A stretch of 42,013 bases of DNA, taken from NCBI GenBank assembly GCA_964540745.1, contig CAZIOF010000163.1, positions 1 through 42,013 of the forward strand, read 5' to 3'. This document shows positions 1 through 7,746 of the stretch, in pieces. A program made the translations under genes and the position numbers. The notes below the pieces were generated by a model. That model searched no databases. It was given only the letters and a program-made list of their open reading frames with translations, and had not been told where the DNA came from. This DNA comes from an uncultured Candidatus Marinamargulisbacteria bacterium (GTDB lineage: Bacteria; Margulisbacteria; Marinamargulisbacteria; JABIPA01). How positions within the stretch are numbered: the stretch's first letter is position 1; each line of letters opens with the position of its first letter.

Positions 1-930
1 TCAGAGGAAATCATGATCACAACGGGTGTCTCTGAGGGCGTAGATATTATTTTACGTGCGATTCTTAATCCTGGCGATGAAGTCCTTATCCCAGAACCCT
101 GTTACGTCTGTTACGAACCACTCGCACAATTAACCGGAGCCAAAGTATCCTATATCCCCACAGGGAAGAATAACTTTATTATCGATACTAAAGAGGTAGA
201 AAAAAGACTAACCCCAAAAACCAAAATTTTACTCGTATGTTCACCAAATAACCCCACAGGAACAACCATTCCAAAAAAAGAACTCAAACAACTTTCAGAT
301 CTATGCAAAAAACACAACATCTGGCTCATTTCAGACGAAATTTATGCAGAATTAAGCTATGATGACGACTATACATCCTTAGCCTCCTTTCCAAATAGCA
401 AAGATACCACCATTTTAATGAGTGGTTTTTCTAAAGCCTTTGCTATGACAGGGTGGCGAATTGGATTCATTTGCGGACCTAAAGACCTCATTGAACGTGC
501 TCTCAAAATTCATCAATATTGTGCACTAAGTTCACCAACAATCGCACAATATGCGGCCATAGAAGCACTAAAACAGGCCGATAATATCGTCCCTCCAATG
601 ATAAACTCCTATAAGCAAAGACGCCACTTAGTCGTAGAGGCCTTCAATAACATGGGATTAGACGTTCCCTATCCAACGGGCGCATTCTATTGTTTCCCTT
701 CGATCAAAAGTACGGGTTTAAGCTCCAAAGAATTTGCATTACAATTACTGCAAGAAGAAGCTGTTGCAGTTGTACCTGGACCGCCTTTTGGCCCATCAGG
801 CGAAGGGCATATTAGATGCTGCTATGCGACAGATATCTCTCTTTTAAAAGAAGCGTTATCACGCATAAAAAAGTTTACCACTCGTATAAAAACAAAGAAA
901 AAAACTGTTAAGAAAAATGCTAGACTATAA
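1..930 (+). CDS. Class I/II PLP-dependent aminotransferase (AspC/aromatic type), 5' end cut by window edge
   Basis: The frame is open from nt 1 (SEEIMITTGVSEG...), so the ATG at 13 is internal. Family motifs SPNNPTGT and ISDEIYAEL are present, as is the PLP-lysine box SGFSKAFAMTGWRIGF. TAA at 928-930. Confidence 0.9.
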   Translation, partial: SEEIMITTGVSEGVDIILRAILNPGDEVLIPEPCYVCYEPLAQLTGAKVSYIPTGKNNFIIDTKEVEKRLTPKTKILLVCSPNNPTGTTIPKKELKQLSDLCKKHNIWLISDEIYAELSYDDDYTSLASFPNSKDTTILMSGFSKAFAMTGWRIGFICGPKDLIERALKIHQYCALSSPTIAQYAAIEALKQADNIVPPMINSYKQRRHLVVEAFNNMGLDVPYPTGAFYCFPSIKSTGLSSKEFALQLLQEEAVAVVPGPPFGPSGEGHIRCCYATDISLLKEALSRIKKFTTRIKTKKKTVKKNARL

Positions 931-961
931 ACTATTACAAAAATAAGGAAGGTCAATTATT

Positions 962-1417
962 ATGTCAACACCTAAAGTAGCCATCATCATGGGATCAAAA
1001 TCCGATCTAGATATTATGCAAAAAGCCAGTGATTTCTTAACTGAAAAAAATATTGGCAATGAAGTCTTTATAGCTTCTGCACACCGAACTCCAAAAAAAG
1101 TTCACGATATTGCCGCACGAATAGAAGATGAATTTGATGTGGTCATCGCCGGAGCAGGGCTAGCTGCCCATTTACCAGGCGTTATGGCCTCTTTAGTCAC
1201 TAAACCCGTTATTGGAGTTCCTATTAATGCCTCCTCCCTTAATGGATTAGATTCATTGCTATCCATTGTCCAAATGCCCAGCGGCATTCCAGTAGCAACC
1301 GTTGCTGTAAATGGATCTAAAAATGCAGCTATATTAGCCTTACAATTCATCGCACTTAAGGATGATACAGTAAGAACAACCCTCAAGTCCTTTAGAGCTG
1401 AATTAAGTAACGCATAG
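962..1417 (+). CDS. purE: 5-(carboxyamino)imidazole ribonucleotide mutase PurE
   Basis: 151 aa. Motifs KVAIIMGSKSDLDIM, ASAHRTP, AGAGLAAHLPGVMAS and PVIGVP are typical of PurE. AGGAAGG Shine-Dalgarno at 946-952, 9 nt before the ATG. Confidence 0.93.
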   Translation: MSTPKVAIIMGSKSDLDIMQKASDFLTEKNIGNEVFIASAHRTPKKVHDIAARIEDEFDVVIAGAGLAAHLPGVMASLVTKPVIGVPINASSLNGLDSLLSIVQMPSGIPVATVAVNGSKNAAILALQFIALKDDTVRTTLKSFRAELSNA

Positions 1418-1444
1418 CGACGTATATATTAGTGAGGTGAGACC

Positions 1445-1972
1445 ATAAATATACTAGATGTAGGAATCATTATCGTCTTACTCTACAATGGGTTTACAGG
1501 ACTTCGACGAGGCCTATCTCGGATACTATTTAATATTATAGGGATAGGCTTAGGCGCTACATTAGGACTTGTTCATTATCCCCATATCGCCTCAGTATTA
1601 GAACAACTTCTATATATCCCATCGCCTTACTCCGAATTTTTGGGCTTTGGGATTATACTCTCTACCATCTTTATCATCTCTATCACCCTAGGGCAACTTT
1701 TTGAAAAAATACTCAAACTCACCTTTTTAGGATCATTTAATGCATTAGGTGGACTACTTTTAGGTAGTATAAAAGGTCTCTTTATTTGTCTCCCCTTTTT
1801 AATCCCCATGACCTATTTCAAAAGCCCTATTCTAGACACCTCTCATATTGCGCCTTACCTTCTACCACTGACTCGAAAACTTCTAAAATATATCAATACC
1901 TCATTACTTGAACTGCCTCCTGAAATAACGTCTAGTCTAGACATTATCTTCCAGGCACATCGGTTACTTTGA
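1445..1972 (+). CDS. cvpA: CvpA (colicin V production) family membrane protein; start codon unresolved (candidate ATA at 1445)
   Basis: The ORF track starts at TTG 1640. The same frame is open back to the TGA at 1433-1435 and encodes NILDVGIIIVLLYNGFTGLRRGLSRILFNIIGIGLGATLG, a typical CvpA N-terminus (compare E. coli MVWIDYAIIAVI...LIRGF, from memory). GAGGTGA Shine-Dalgarno at 1434-1440. There is no in-frame ATG/GTG/TTG between 1436 and 1639. Confidence 0.65.
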   Translation: MNILDVGIIIVLLYNGFTGLRRGLSRILFNIIGIGLGATLGLVHYPHIASVLEQLLYIPSPYSEFLGFGIILSTIFIISITLGQLFEKILKLTFLGSFNALGGLLLGSIKGLFICLPFLIPMTYFKSPILDTSHIAPYLLPLTRKLLKYINTSLLELPPEITSSLDIIFQAHRLL

Positions 1973-3366
1973 TACCCCCTCTCGACCCCATTGAAAACGC
2001 TATAAGACGCTATCTTGACCATAAGTATTCTCTTTTTGATCTACTTTCCCACGCAGAAAAGGCCCTCCATAATAATAGATGTACCCGCCCCTATAAAGTA
2101 GCCTCGGTAACAGTAAAAGGTGATAGCCTTTTATTTGGATCCTTTATCCCAAAAATCCTAATAAAAGCAGCAGGAATAGCCCTCGTTGAACATGATCAAA
2201 TGGAAACAGAGACCCTCATCCCAGCCCTAAGATCGACTAATCCAGACCTATTAATGATCTCATGTTTACTCAACTCCGCCCTTACCCATATCCAAAAGAT
2301 ACTCGTAATATTAACAAACCATCAGATACAGATCCCTATTATTCTTGGAGGTCCCCTCGCAACAAAACCATCAGTCCATCAACACTTAACAACGCTCTAT
2401 AAAGGACCTCTCTTTATCCCTAAAAATAGCGTCCATGCCGCCTACCAGATCATTCAAATAGGAACACAGACCCACCAATCAGACACGGTAAAGACGCGTG
2501 CACCTTCTCCTACTAAAAAAACAAACAAAAAACAAACATCATCCCACATACCCATCACCCGATCACCCCATATCCAACCCGTAACGATCATTCCTAAAGT
2601 CCCAGATTATGAGAGACATATTGAAGACACCTTCAATATAGAACAGTTATGGGGTCTTATTAATCCTCGGACATTGTACGGTATGCATTTAGGGTTTAGA
2701 GGCCCTTTCCAAAAACGACTATCTGAAGGCGACCCCACCGCAAAATCCCTCAACCGTCGAGTTACAGTTATCAAAAATAGTATCAAAGACACGCCCTCAC
2801 TTATCACACCAAAAGCTATCTGGCAGTTTTTTAGATGTCAATCTAAGGGAAACACTATCACCATAATGGCCCCTGACAGCAATAAAACCCTAGCTGTATT
2901 TAAATGTCCGAGACAATCACACAAAAAACGACTCTGTTTAGCCGATTTTATCGATGAAGAACGCCCAGATGTGATTGGCCTCATGGTCGTAACCATTGGA
3001 ACGACTATCCAAACCAAGCTAGACGCCATGATTGAAAAGAATCAACTTATAGATGCCCTCATCTTGAACGCTATTGGCATGCAAACAGCAGAAGCCTTAG
3101 CTGAACATGTCCATCAACAGATGCGGCAAAAACTTGGGCTCAAAGAAAAACGAATGACTCTTGAAACGGTAGTAACCGCTAACTATACCGGAAAACGCTA
3201 TAGTTTTGGGTATTCGGCATGTCCCGATCTCTCCCAACAAAAAATCCTCTTTGAACTTCTAAACCCAGAGGAGATTGGCGTCACATTAACCGATATTCAC
3301 ATGATGGTCCCCGAAGGAAGTGTCTCTGCATTAGTGTTTCATCATCCTCAAGCAACTTATTTCTAA
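1969..3366 (+). CDS. MetH C-terminal-like protein: degenerate B12-binding-like domain plus AdoMet activation domain; no Hcy or folate domains
   Basis: The C-terminus RYSFGYSACPDLSQQKILFELLNPEEIGVTLTDIHMMVPEGSVSALVFHHPQATYF matches the Met_synt_B12 activation-domain signature. The N-terminal Rossmann-like part carries GDSLLFG (2119-2139) where MetH has GDvHDIG. TTG start overlaps the cvpA stop (tTTGA, 1969-1972). Confidence 0.75.
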   Translation: MIPPLDPIENAIRRYLDHKYSLFDLLSHAEKALHNNRCTRPYKVASVTVKGDSLLFGSFIPKILIKAAGIALVEHDQMETETLIPALRSTNPDLLMISCLLNSALTHIQKILVILTNHQIQIPIILGGPLATKPSVHQHLTTLYKGPLFIPKNSVHAAYQIIQIGTQTHQSDTVKTRAPSPTKKTNKKQTSSHIPITRSPHIQPVTIIPKVPDYERHIEDTFNIEQLWGLINPRTLYGMHLGFRGPFQKRLSEGDPTAKSLNRRVTVIKNSIKDTPSLITPKAIWQFFRCQSKGNTITIMAPDSNKTLAVFKCPRQSHKKRLCLADFIDEERPDVIGLMVVTIGTTIQTKLDAMIEKNQLIDALILNAIGMQTAEALAEHVHQQMRQKLGLKEKRMTLETVVTANYTGKRYSFGYSACPDLSQQKILFELLNPEEIGVTLTDIHMMVPEGSVSALVFHHPQATYF

Positions 3367-3458
3367 AATTGAGTTTTAGCATTAATGATATCGCATCAAA
3401 TACTTTTAAAAAGAAATCTGTTCAAAATAAAAAATGGGTGCTCCTAGAATAATAATGA

Positions 3459-5135
3459 CTAATTCTTCTCAAAAGAAAAATCCCCCTTACTAAATATTTC
3501 AGGAACCCTCTCTCTAGCAATAAGCTCTTCAGTAACAATAAACTCATACGTGTCCCACCTCCCTGAAGCCCCTTCCATACGAGGTCGATACGTCTCTACT
3601 TTTACTTTTGTTACTTTATATGGAAAGCTATCCTCCAAAGTCCATATCATATTACACTTTTTATCTAAAAAAACCTCTGCTTGATACAACGGTTTATCAT
3701 CAACTGGATAAATCTTAAACTGAATTAATCCTTCTACACCCAAAGATAACAAAACCTTCAACTCCATAAAGAATTCACGCCGATGCAACATGTCCTTTAT
3801 CATAAGGGGCGCTAAGATGAAAGTACTTATAGCTCTCTGATAAACGCCCCCTGACAAATCATTACGAAAAACATGTTCGCTTATTAACATTGAATCTCTA
3901 TAATCTTTTATAGTTAGACCTGTTTTATGAAGAACACCTCTTCTGCCAGTTCCTTCGTAAAGCAATGCCGCATATTCTTTGACACAAATCTCTTTATCAA
4001 AGATAACAAATCCTTTCCTCCCCAAAAAACTGCACCAAACATAATAGTCCGATTCCCCACTCCCTATAAAATAACTAAACTCTTTTCCTTTAATTCGAAA
4101 TACATCTGTATCTAACACCTTTTGAAAAGGAATTGATAAACTTCCCTGCCATACGTTATCTCTCTCTTTTTCTTCAAAATAATAAATCGTCATAGAAGCC
4201 GCTGAATTTGAAAATAGATACTGCCGTAATAAAACTAAATGGGACGCCTGGTCACTCACCCAAAAATAATCCTCATTGTATGTGCTTTCGATAGGTAATA
4301 ATCGGTCTCCTACCCCATAGGTTTCTAAATGCTTTCCTATACCGGCAGTCCCCTCAACAAAGAAAATATTAGGCCGCGACAACACACTAAAGCTTGTAAT
4401 AAATGACTGTAATTGAGCCGAATCAAAAATCATATAAAGATATCTCTTTTTCGAGGAATACGTAAATCCTCGAACATATATTTTGTATGGTGTATAAATA
4501 GTGCTCATCTCTTCTTTCGTTAAATGCAATAGATAGCTATCAAATCCAAACTCTCTTAGCTTTTGAACAACATAATGACTTCGGGTACCAGCATAACATC
4601 TGAATACTATTGGCCTATCTAAACGAAATCCAAGTCCTCTTAAATAGGTTTCTACGCCCGTCTTATCATTAAGATAAAAGAAAGGGCTTAGAGAAACACC
4701 CAGTTTAACCGTAGAAAAAGCCTCATAGTTAATAACAGTATCAAGAGTCAATAAATTTGACATAAACTGAAAGGTCTTTGGGCTACCTACAATCTCTGCC
4801 ATTGTTATCTTATAATTCCCTTCATCTAAACCTTTCTTAATTAACCCCAGTTCTATATCCTTACTGATATCACCATAAATACTCTTCAAATCCATCTCTT
4901 TTAACTCTTGATAATCCAAAAAGATAAAAAAGCCCCCCACAATTAACATACCCACAGCACCTAACAAAAACAAAACCTTAAAGACAGGCTTAACCCGTTT
5001 AATAAAAAGCATTATCGTTGCCAAAAATGACGATATCAAATACCAAATCCCTGACCCCAACGCCCCCAATAATAATTGGGTTTCCGTAAGGGGCAAAAAG
5101 CCATATATGCCACTATAAATAAACTTATTTTTCAC
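3459..5135 (-). CDS. Membrane protein with rhodanese-like domain and ~350-aa C-terminal region of unknown function
   Basis: 558 aa with a GTG start. Two or three hydrophobic N-terminal helices (aa ~20-75). Rhodanese active-site loop FRCYAGTRSHYVVQKLREFGF (CxxGxRS; Cys codon 4596-4598). 11-nt overlap with the upstream ORF. Confidence 0.75.
   Translation of the reverse strand: MKNKFIYSGIYGFLPLTETQLLLGALGSGIWYLISSFLATIMLFIKRVKPVFKVLFLLGAVGMLIVGGFFIFLDYQELKEMDLKSIYGDISKDIELGLIKKGLDEGNYKITMAEIVGSPKTFQFMSNLLTLDTVINYEAFSTVKLGVSLSPFFYLNDKTGVETYLRGLGFRLDRPIVFRCYAGTRSHYVVQKLREFGFDSYLLHLTKEEMSTIYTPYKIYVRGFTYSSKKRYLYMIFDSAQLQSFITSFSVLSRPNIFFVEGTAGIGKHLETYGVGDRLLPIESTYNEDYFWVSDQASHLVLLRQYLFSNSAASMTIYYFEEKERDNVWQGSLSIPFQKVLDTDVFRIKGKEFSYFIGSGESDYYVWCSFLGRKGFVIFDKEICVKEYAALLYEGTGRRGVLHKTGLTIKDYRDSMLISEHVFRNDLSGGVYQRAISTFILAPLMIKDMLHRREFFMELKVLLSLGVEGLIQFKIYPVDDKPLYQAEVFLDKKCNMIWTLEDSFPYKVTKVKVETYRPRMEGASGRWDTYEFIVTEELIARERVPEIFSKGDFSFEKN
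4521..4823 (-). other. Rhodanese-like domain (approximate bounds) within the 558-aa ORF
   Basis: LLTLDTVINYEAF ... DRPIVFRCYAGTRSHYVVQKLREFGFDSYLL follows the rhodanese pattern: a substrate-loop Cys, then G-x-R-S, then the alpha helix and Gf..v..L. Confidence 0.6.
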
Positions 5136-5457
5136 AAAGATAAAGGCCGTCCTTTTCGATTATTAATTCACCCAATGGTGACAGAAGACGAGTTGTAATA
5201 CTTGGACTCACAATAATAGGTAATCGCTGTTCACGTGCAACAAGAGCAAGGTGCGATAAGGAGGATCCTGCTTGAGAAATAATTAACTGAATACGGCCAA
5301 GATACAATACATATTCAGAATAAAGGCCTGACACAACAATAATAGTCGTATTGTCATGAAGCTCTTTATACGACTGAACCATCTCGTACCTCCCCCGTTG
5401 AGGAAGACTCAACTCAGGGAATAGCGTTTGATACGAATCGCTCCCCTTAATCAACAT
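5125..5457 (-). CDS. Stand-alone PEP-utilizing enzyme mobile (swivel phosphohistidine) domain protein
   Basis: 110 aa. TTIIVVSG...LIISQAGSSLSHLALVAREQRLPIIV matches the PEP-utilizers signature G-G-x-x-S-H-x-A-I-x-A-R-E-x-G-I-P, with the His codon at 5251-5253. 11-nt overlaps with both neighbouring ORFs. Confidence 0.8.
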   Translation of the reverse strand: MLIKGSDSYQTLFPELSLPQRGRYEMVQSYKELHDNTTIIVVSGLYSEYVLYLGRIQLIISQAGSSLSHLALVAREQRLPIIVSPSITTRLLSPLGELIIEKDGLYLCEK

Positions 5458-6223
5458 CTATATCCCTCAATTTTTCACGAACCTCTGACCAAGAAAGGTC
5501 AAACACACAAGCCATCCCCATTCTCTTTTCCACACCCAAAAAAATGGCTCTCATCTCCGAAATAACTTTTAATGCCTCATATTTCCCCAACTCTCGTATT
5601 CCAACTAAGACTGCGACTTTATCAATATCATCATTATCTATCACCTGTGAAAAAGGTTGTTTATCCAAACATGATAATCGATTAGCTGCTTCTCCAAAAC
5701 GCATTAATTCGTCTGTTGATAGTTCAGAAAATCGTGGGCTAGAAAACTCATAAGGGTTCAAGCTGCAATGCCCAAATGACTTATCGAACGCCAATCGTTG
5801 AATATCACCTTTCGAAAGTAACGCCAATGTTTTATAGAGCTCTTCTTCTTTTGTCAAAAAAGGTAACGTTTCAAACGTTCTTTTAGGCCAAAAATAAGTC
5901 AATACCATATTATTAAACAATAGTTGTTCAAACAATTTAGAGAGCTCCAAATAACATACCTCTAATCGCTGTAAAAAGGTCCCTTGAGCATCTGTTTCAA
6001 ACATATAGTCTTCAAAAAAAGAAATTAAAGAACGGTAATCATGTCGAAAATAGGCATGAACCCTTGTTAAAAAAACTAATTTTTTAAATGGGTTTTTAGT
6101 TGATAATTGGTTGTGATAAGATACGGCAAACTGAGATTGAATAGCAATCAACGATCGAGATAATGGAGACGGGTCTCGTATCCATTCCTCATCACATACT
6201 GCGATTGTTGATTTAATACTCAA
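5447..6223 (-). CDS. Hypothetical helical protein; C-terminus resembles the segment preceding the His domain in PEP synthase / rifampicin-phosphotransferase-like enzymes
   Basis: 258 aa with a TTG start. GAGGTGG lies immediately upstream, too close for normal spacing, so the start is uncertain. The C-terminal VLVGIRELGKYEALKVISEMRAIFLGVEKRMGMACVFDLSWSEVREKL fits the ..RE..K....lR..l..lg..l.....dvF.L...E.. pattern, recalled from memory. Confidence 0.6.
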   Translation of the reverse strand: MSIKSTIAVCDEEWIRDPSPLSRSLIAIQSQFAVSYHNQLSTKNPFKKLVFLTRVHAYFRHDYRSLISFFEDYMFETDAQGTFLQRLEVCYLELSKLFEQLLFNNMVLTYFWPKRTFETLPFLTKEEELYKTLALLSKGDIQRLAFDKSFGHCSLNPYEFSSPRFSELSTDELMRFGEAANRLSCLDKQPFSQVIDNDDIDKVAVLVGIRELGKYEALKVISEMRAIFLGVEKRMGMACVFDLSWSEVREKLRDIDVD

Positions 6224-6667
6224 CCACCTCTAAATAAAGGTTATACCGCCCCTTAATCATATCTAATATATTCATTTCATACAGTGGGATAATCCTCATA
6301 ATCAAACTAATAGAATCTGATATCTTCGTCAAGTAGGAAGTATCCCGATAGTGAACCCTGAAATATATTGAAAGGGTTCCAAATGGCTAAGATCTACAAT
6401 GTCTCAGTCAACATGGGATAGCCATCCTATCTATATCGAAGGGAAATGTGACAATCTGTTATTTCGCGATAGGTCCAAGTAAAAACAATCCCTCAGAAGC
6501 CTAATCAAAAGAACCCAAGAATTGCACCGTTCTTAAGTTCAAGTTACAATAAACCCTGTTGCGTTAAAGAAGATATCGCTCAATGCTCTCTCTGTTCAAC
6601 CCTCCCCCTCATAGAACAGAATCGCAACACCAACATAATCGCCTAAAAAGGCACCGAAAGGGTTATC

Positions 6668-7744
6668 ATGTGGCAAGGCTTAATTAATGAATATCGTGAG
6701 TATCTTCCTGTTTCTGAAAAAACACCCGTTGTAACACTTATGGAAGGGAATACCCCTTTAGTAAAACTAAACCATCTCCCTAAAAAATATGGTATAGACG
6801 CTGACTGGTATGCTAAATTTGAAGGCAATAATCCCACTGGATCCTTTAAGGACCGAGGCATGACCATGGCCATCTCAAAAGCGAAAGAAGACGGGGCCAA
6901 AATCGTCATGTGTGCGTCAACAGGAAATACCTCTGCCTCCGCTGCAGCCTACGCCTCTAGAGCTGGCATGACCTGCTGTGTCCTTATCCCAAAAGGTAAA
7001 ATTGCACTGGGGAAATTATCACAGGCCATGATGCATGGCGCCATTGTCCTACAAATCGAAGGTAATTTTGATGTGGCCTTAAATCTTGTCCGAGACATTA
7101 CCGAAAACTACCCCATAGCCCTTGTTAATTCCGTTAATCCTTATCGAATTGAAGGCCAAAAAACAGGTGCCTTTGAAATTTCAGACGAACTAGGTGATGC
7201 CCCAGATTTCCATTTTATTCCTGTAGGTAACGCAGGAAATATTACGGCTTACTGGAAAGGCTATAAAGAATATTTGGACAAAGGAAAAATAACACACCTC
7301 CCAAAAATGATGGGCTTTCAAGCAGCCGGATCAGCGCCCATTGTTGAAGGAAGAATTATTGAACATCCTGAAACCATTGCCACAGCCATCCGTATCGGAA
7401 ATCCTGCAAGCTGGAAATCCGCCGAAAACGCACGTGATGAATCCCATGGCAACATCGATATTGTCACAGATGATGACATTACAGTAGGACAAAAAGACCT
7501 TGCTCTAGACGGCATCTTTTGCGAACCCGCCTCTGCGGCATCCATCGCTGGGGTGATTAAACATCATCAAAAATCACCATTCAAAAAAGGACAAACCATT
7601 GTCTCCATTATCACTGGCCATGGCCTCAAAGACCCTAATAGAGCCATCGAAATATCAGCAACCCCTCAATTAGTCAAAGGTTCAAAAGACGCTATTTTAT
7701 CTATACTAAGTCCTTATATGACAACAGAAACAACAACACGTTAA
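6668..7744 (+). CDS. thrC: Threonine synthase
   Basis: 358 aa. N-terminus [34 protein letters not shown]-lysine motif [11 protein letters not shown], and [10 protein letters not shown]. Confidence 0.93.
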   Translation: MWQGLINEYREYLPVSEKTPVVTLMEGNTPLVKLNHLPKKYGIDADWYAKFEGNNPTGSFKDRGMTMAISKAKEDGAKIVMCASTGNTSASAAAYASRAGMTCCVLIPKGKIALGKLSQAMMHGAIVLQIEGNFDVALNLVRDITENYPIALVNSVNPYRIEGQKTGAFEISDELGDAPDFHFIPVGNAGNITAYWKGYKEYLDKGKITHLPKMMGFQAAGSAPIVEGRIIEHPETIATAIRIGNPASWKSAENARDESHGNIDIVTDDDITVGQKDLALDGIFCEPASAASIAGVIKHHQKSPFKKGQTIVSIITGHGLKDPNRAIEISATPQLVKGSKDAILSILSPYMTTETTTR

Positions 7745-7746
7745 CG

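Noticed and set aside
1102-1809. Minus-strand ORFs 1102-1386 (94 aa) and 1627-1809 (60 aa)
   Set aside because: They lie fully antisense to the well-supported purE and cvpA-like genes. They have no recognisable motifs and low-complexity translations typical of shadow ORFs.
2607-3029. Minus-strand ORFs 2607-2807 and 2838-3029
   Set aside because: They are antisense shadow ORFs inside the MetH-like CDS, whose C-terminal domain is clearly conserved in the + frame.
3927-5753. Plus-strand ORFs 3927-4115 and 5544-5753
   Set aside because: They are antisense to the minus-strand three-gene operon. They are short and have no motifs or ribosome-binding sites.
6353-6385. GGGTTCCAAA stretch and GAACCCT/AGGGTTC inverted repeat as a possible tRNA T-arm or tRNA fragment
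   Set aside because: No acceptor-stem complement, no D-arm or anticodon arm can be drawn, and the loop does not match TTCRANY.
6383-6421. 12-codon mini-ORF MAKIYNVSVNMG upstream of thrC as a possible attenuation leader peptide
   Set aside because: It has no run of Thr/Ile codons and no obvious alternative terminator/antiterminator hairpins, and it lies about 250 nt from the thrC start.
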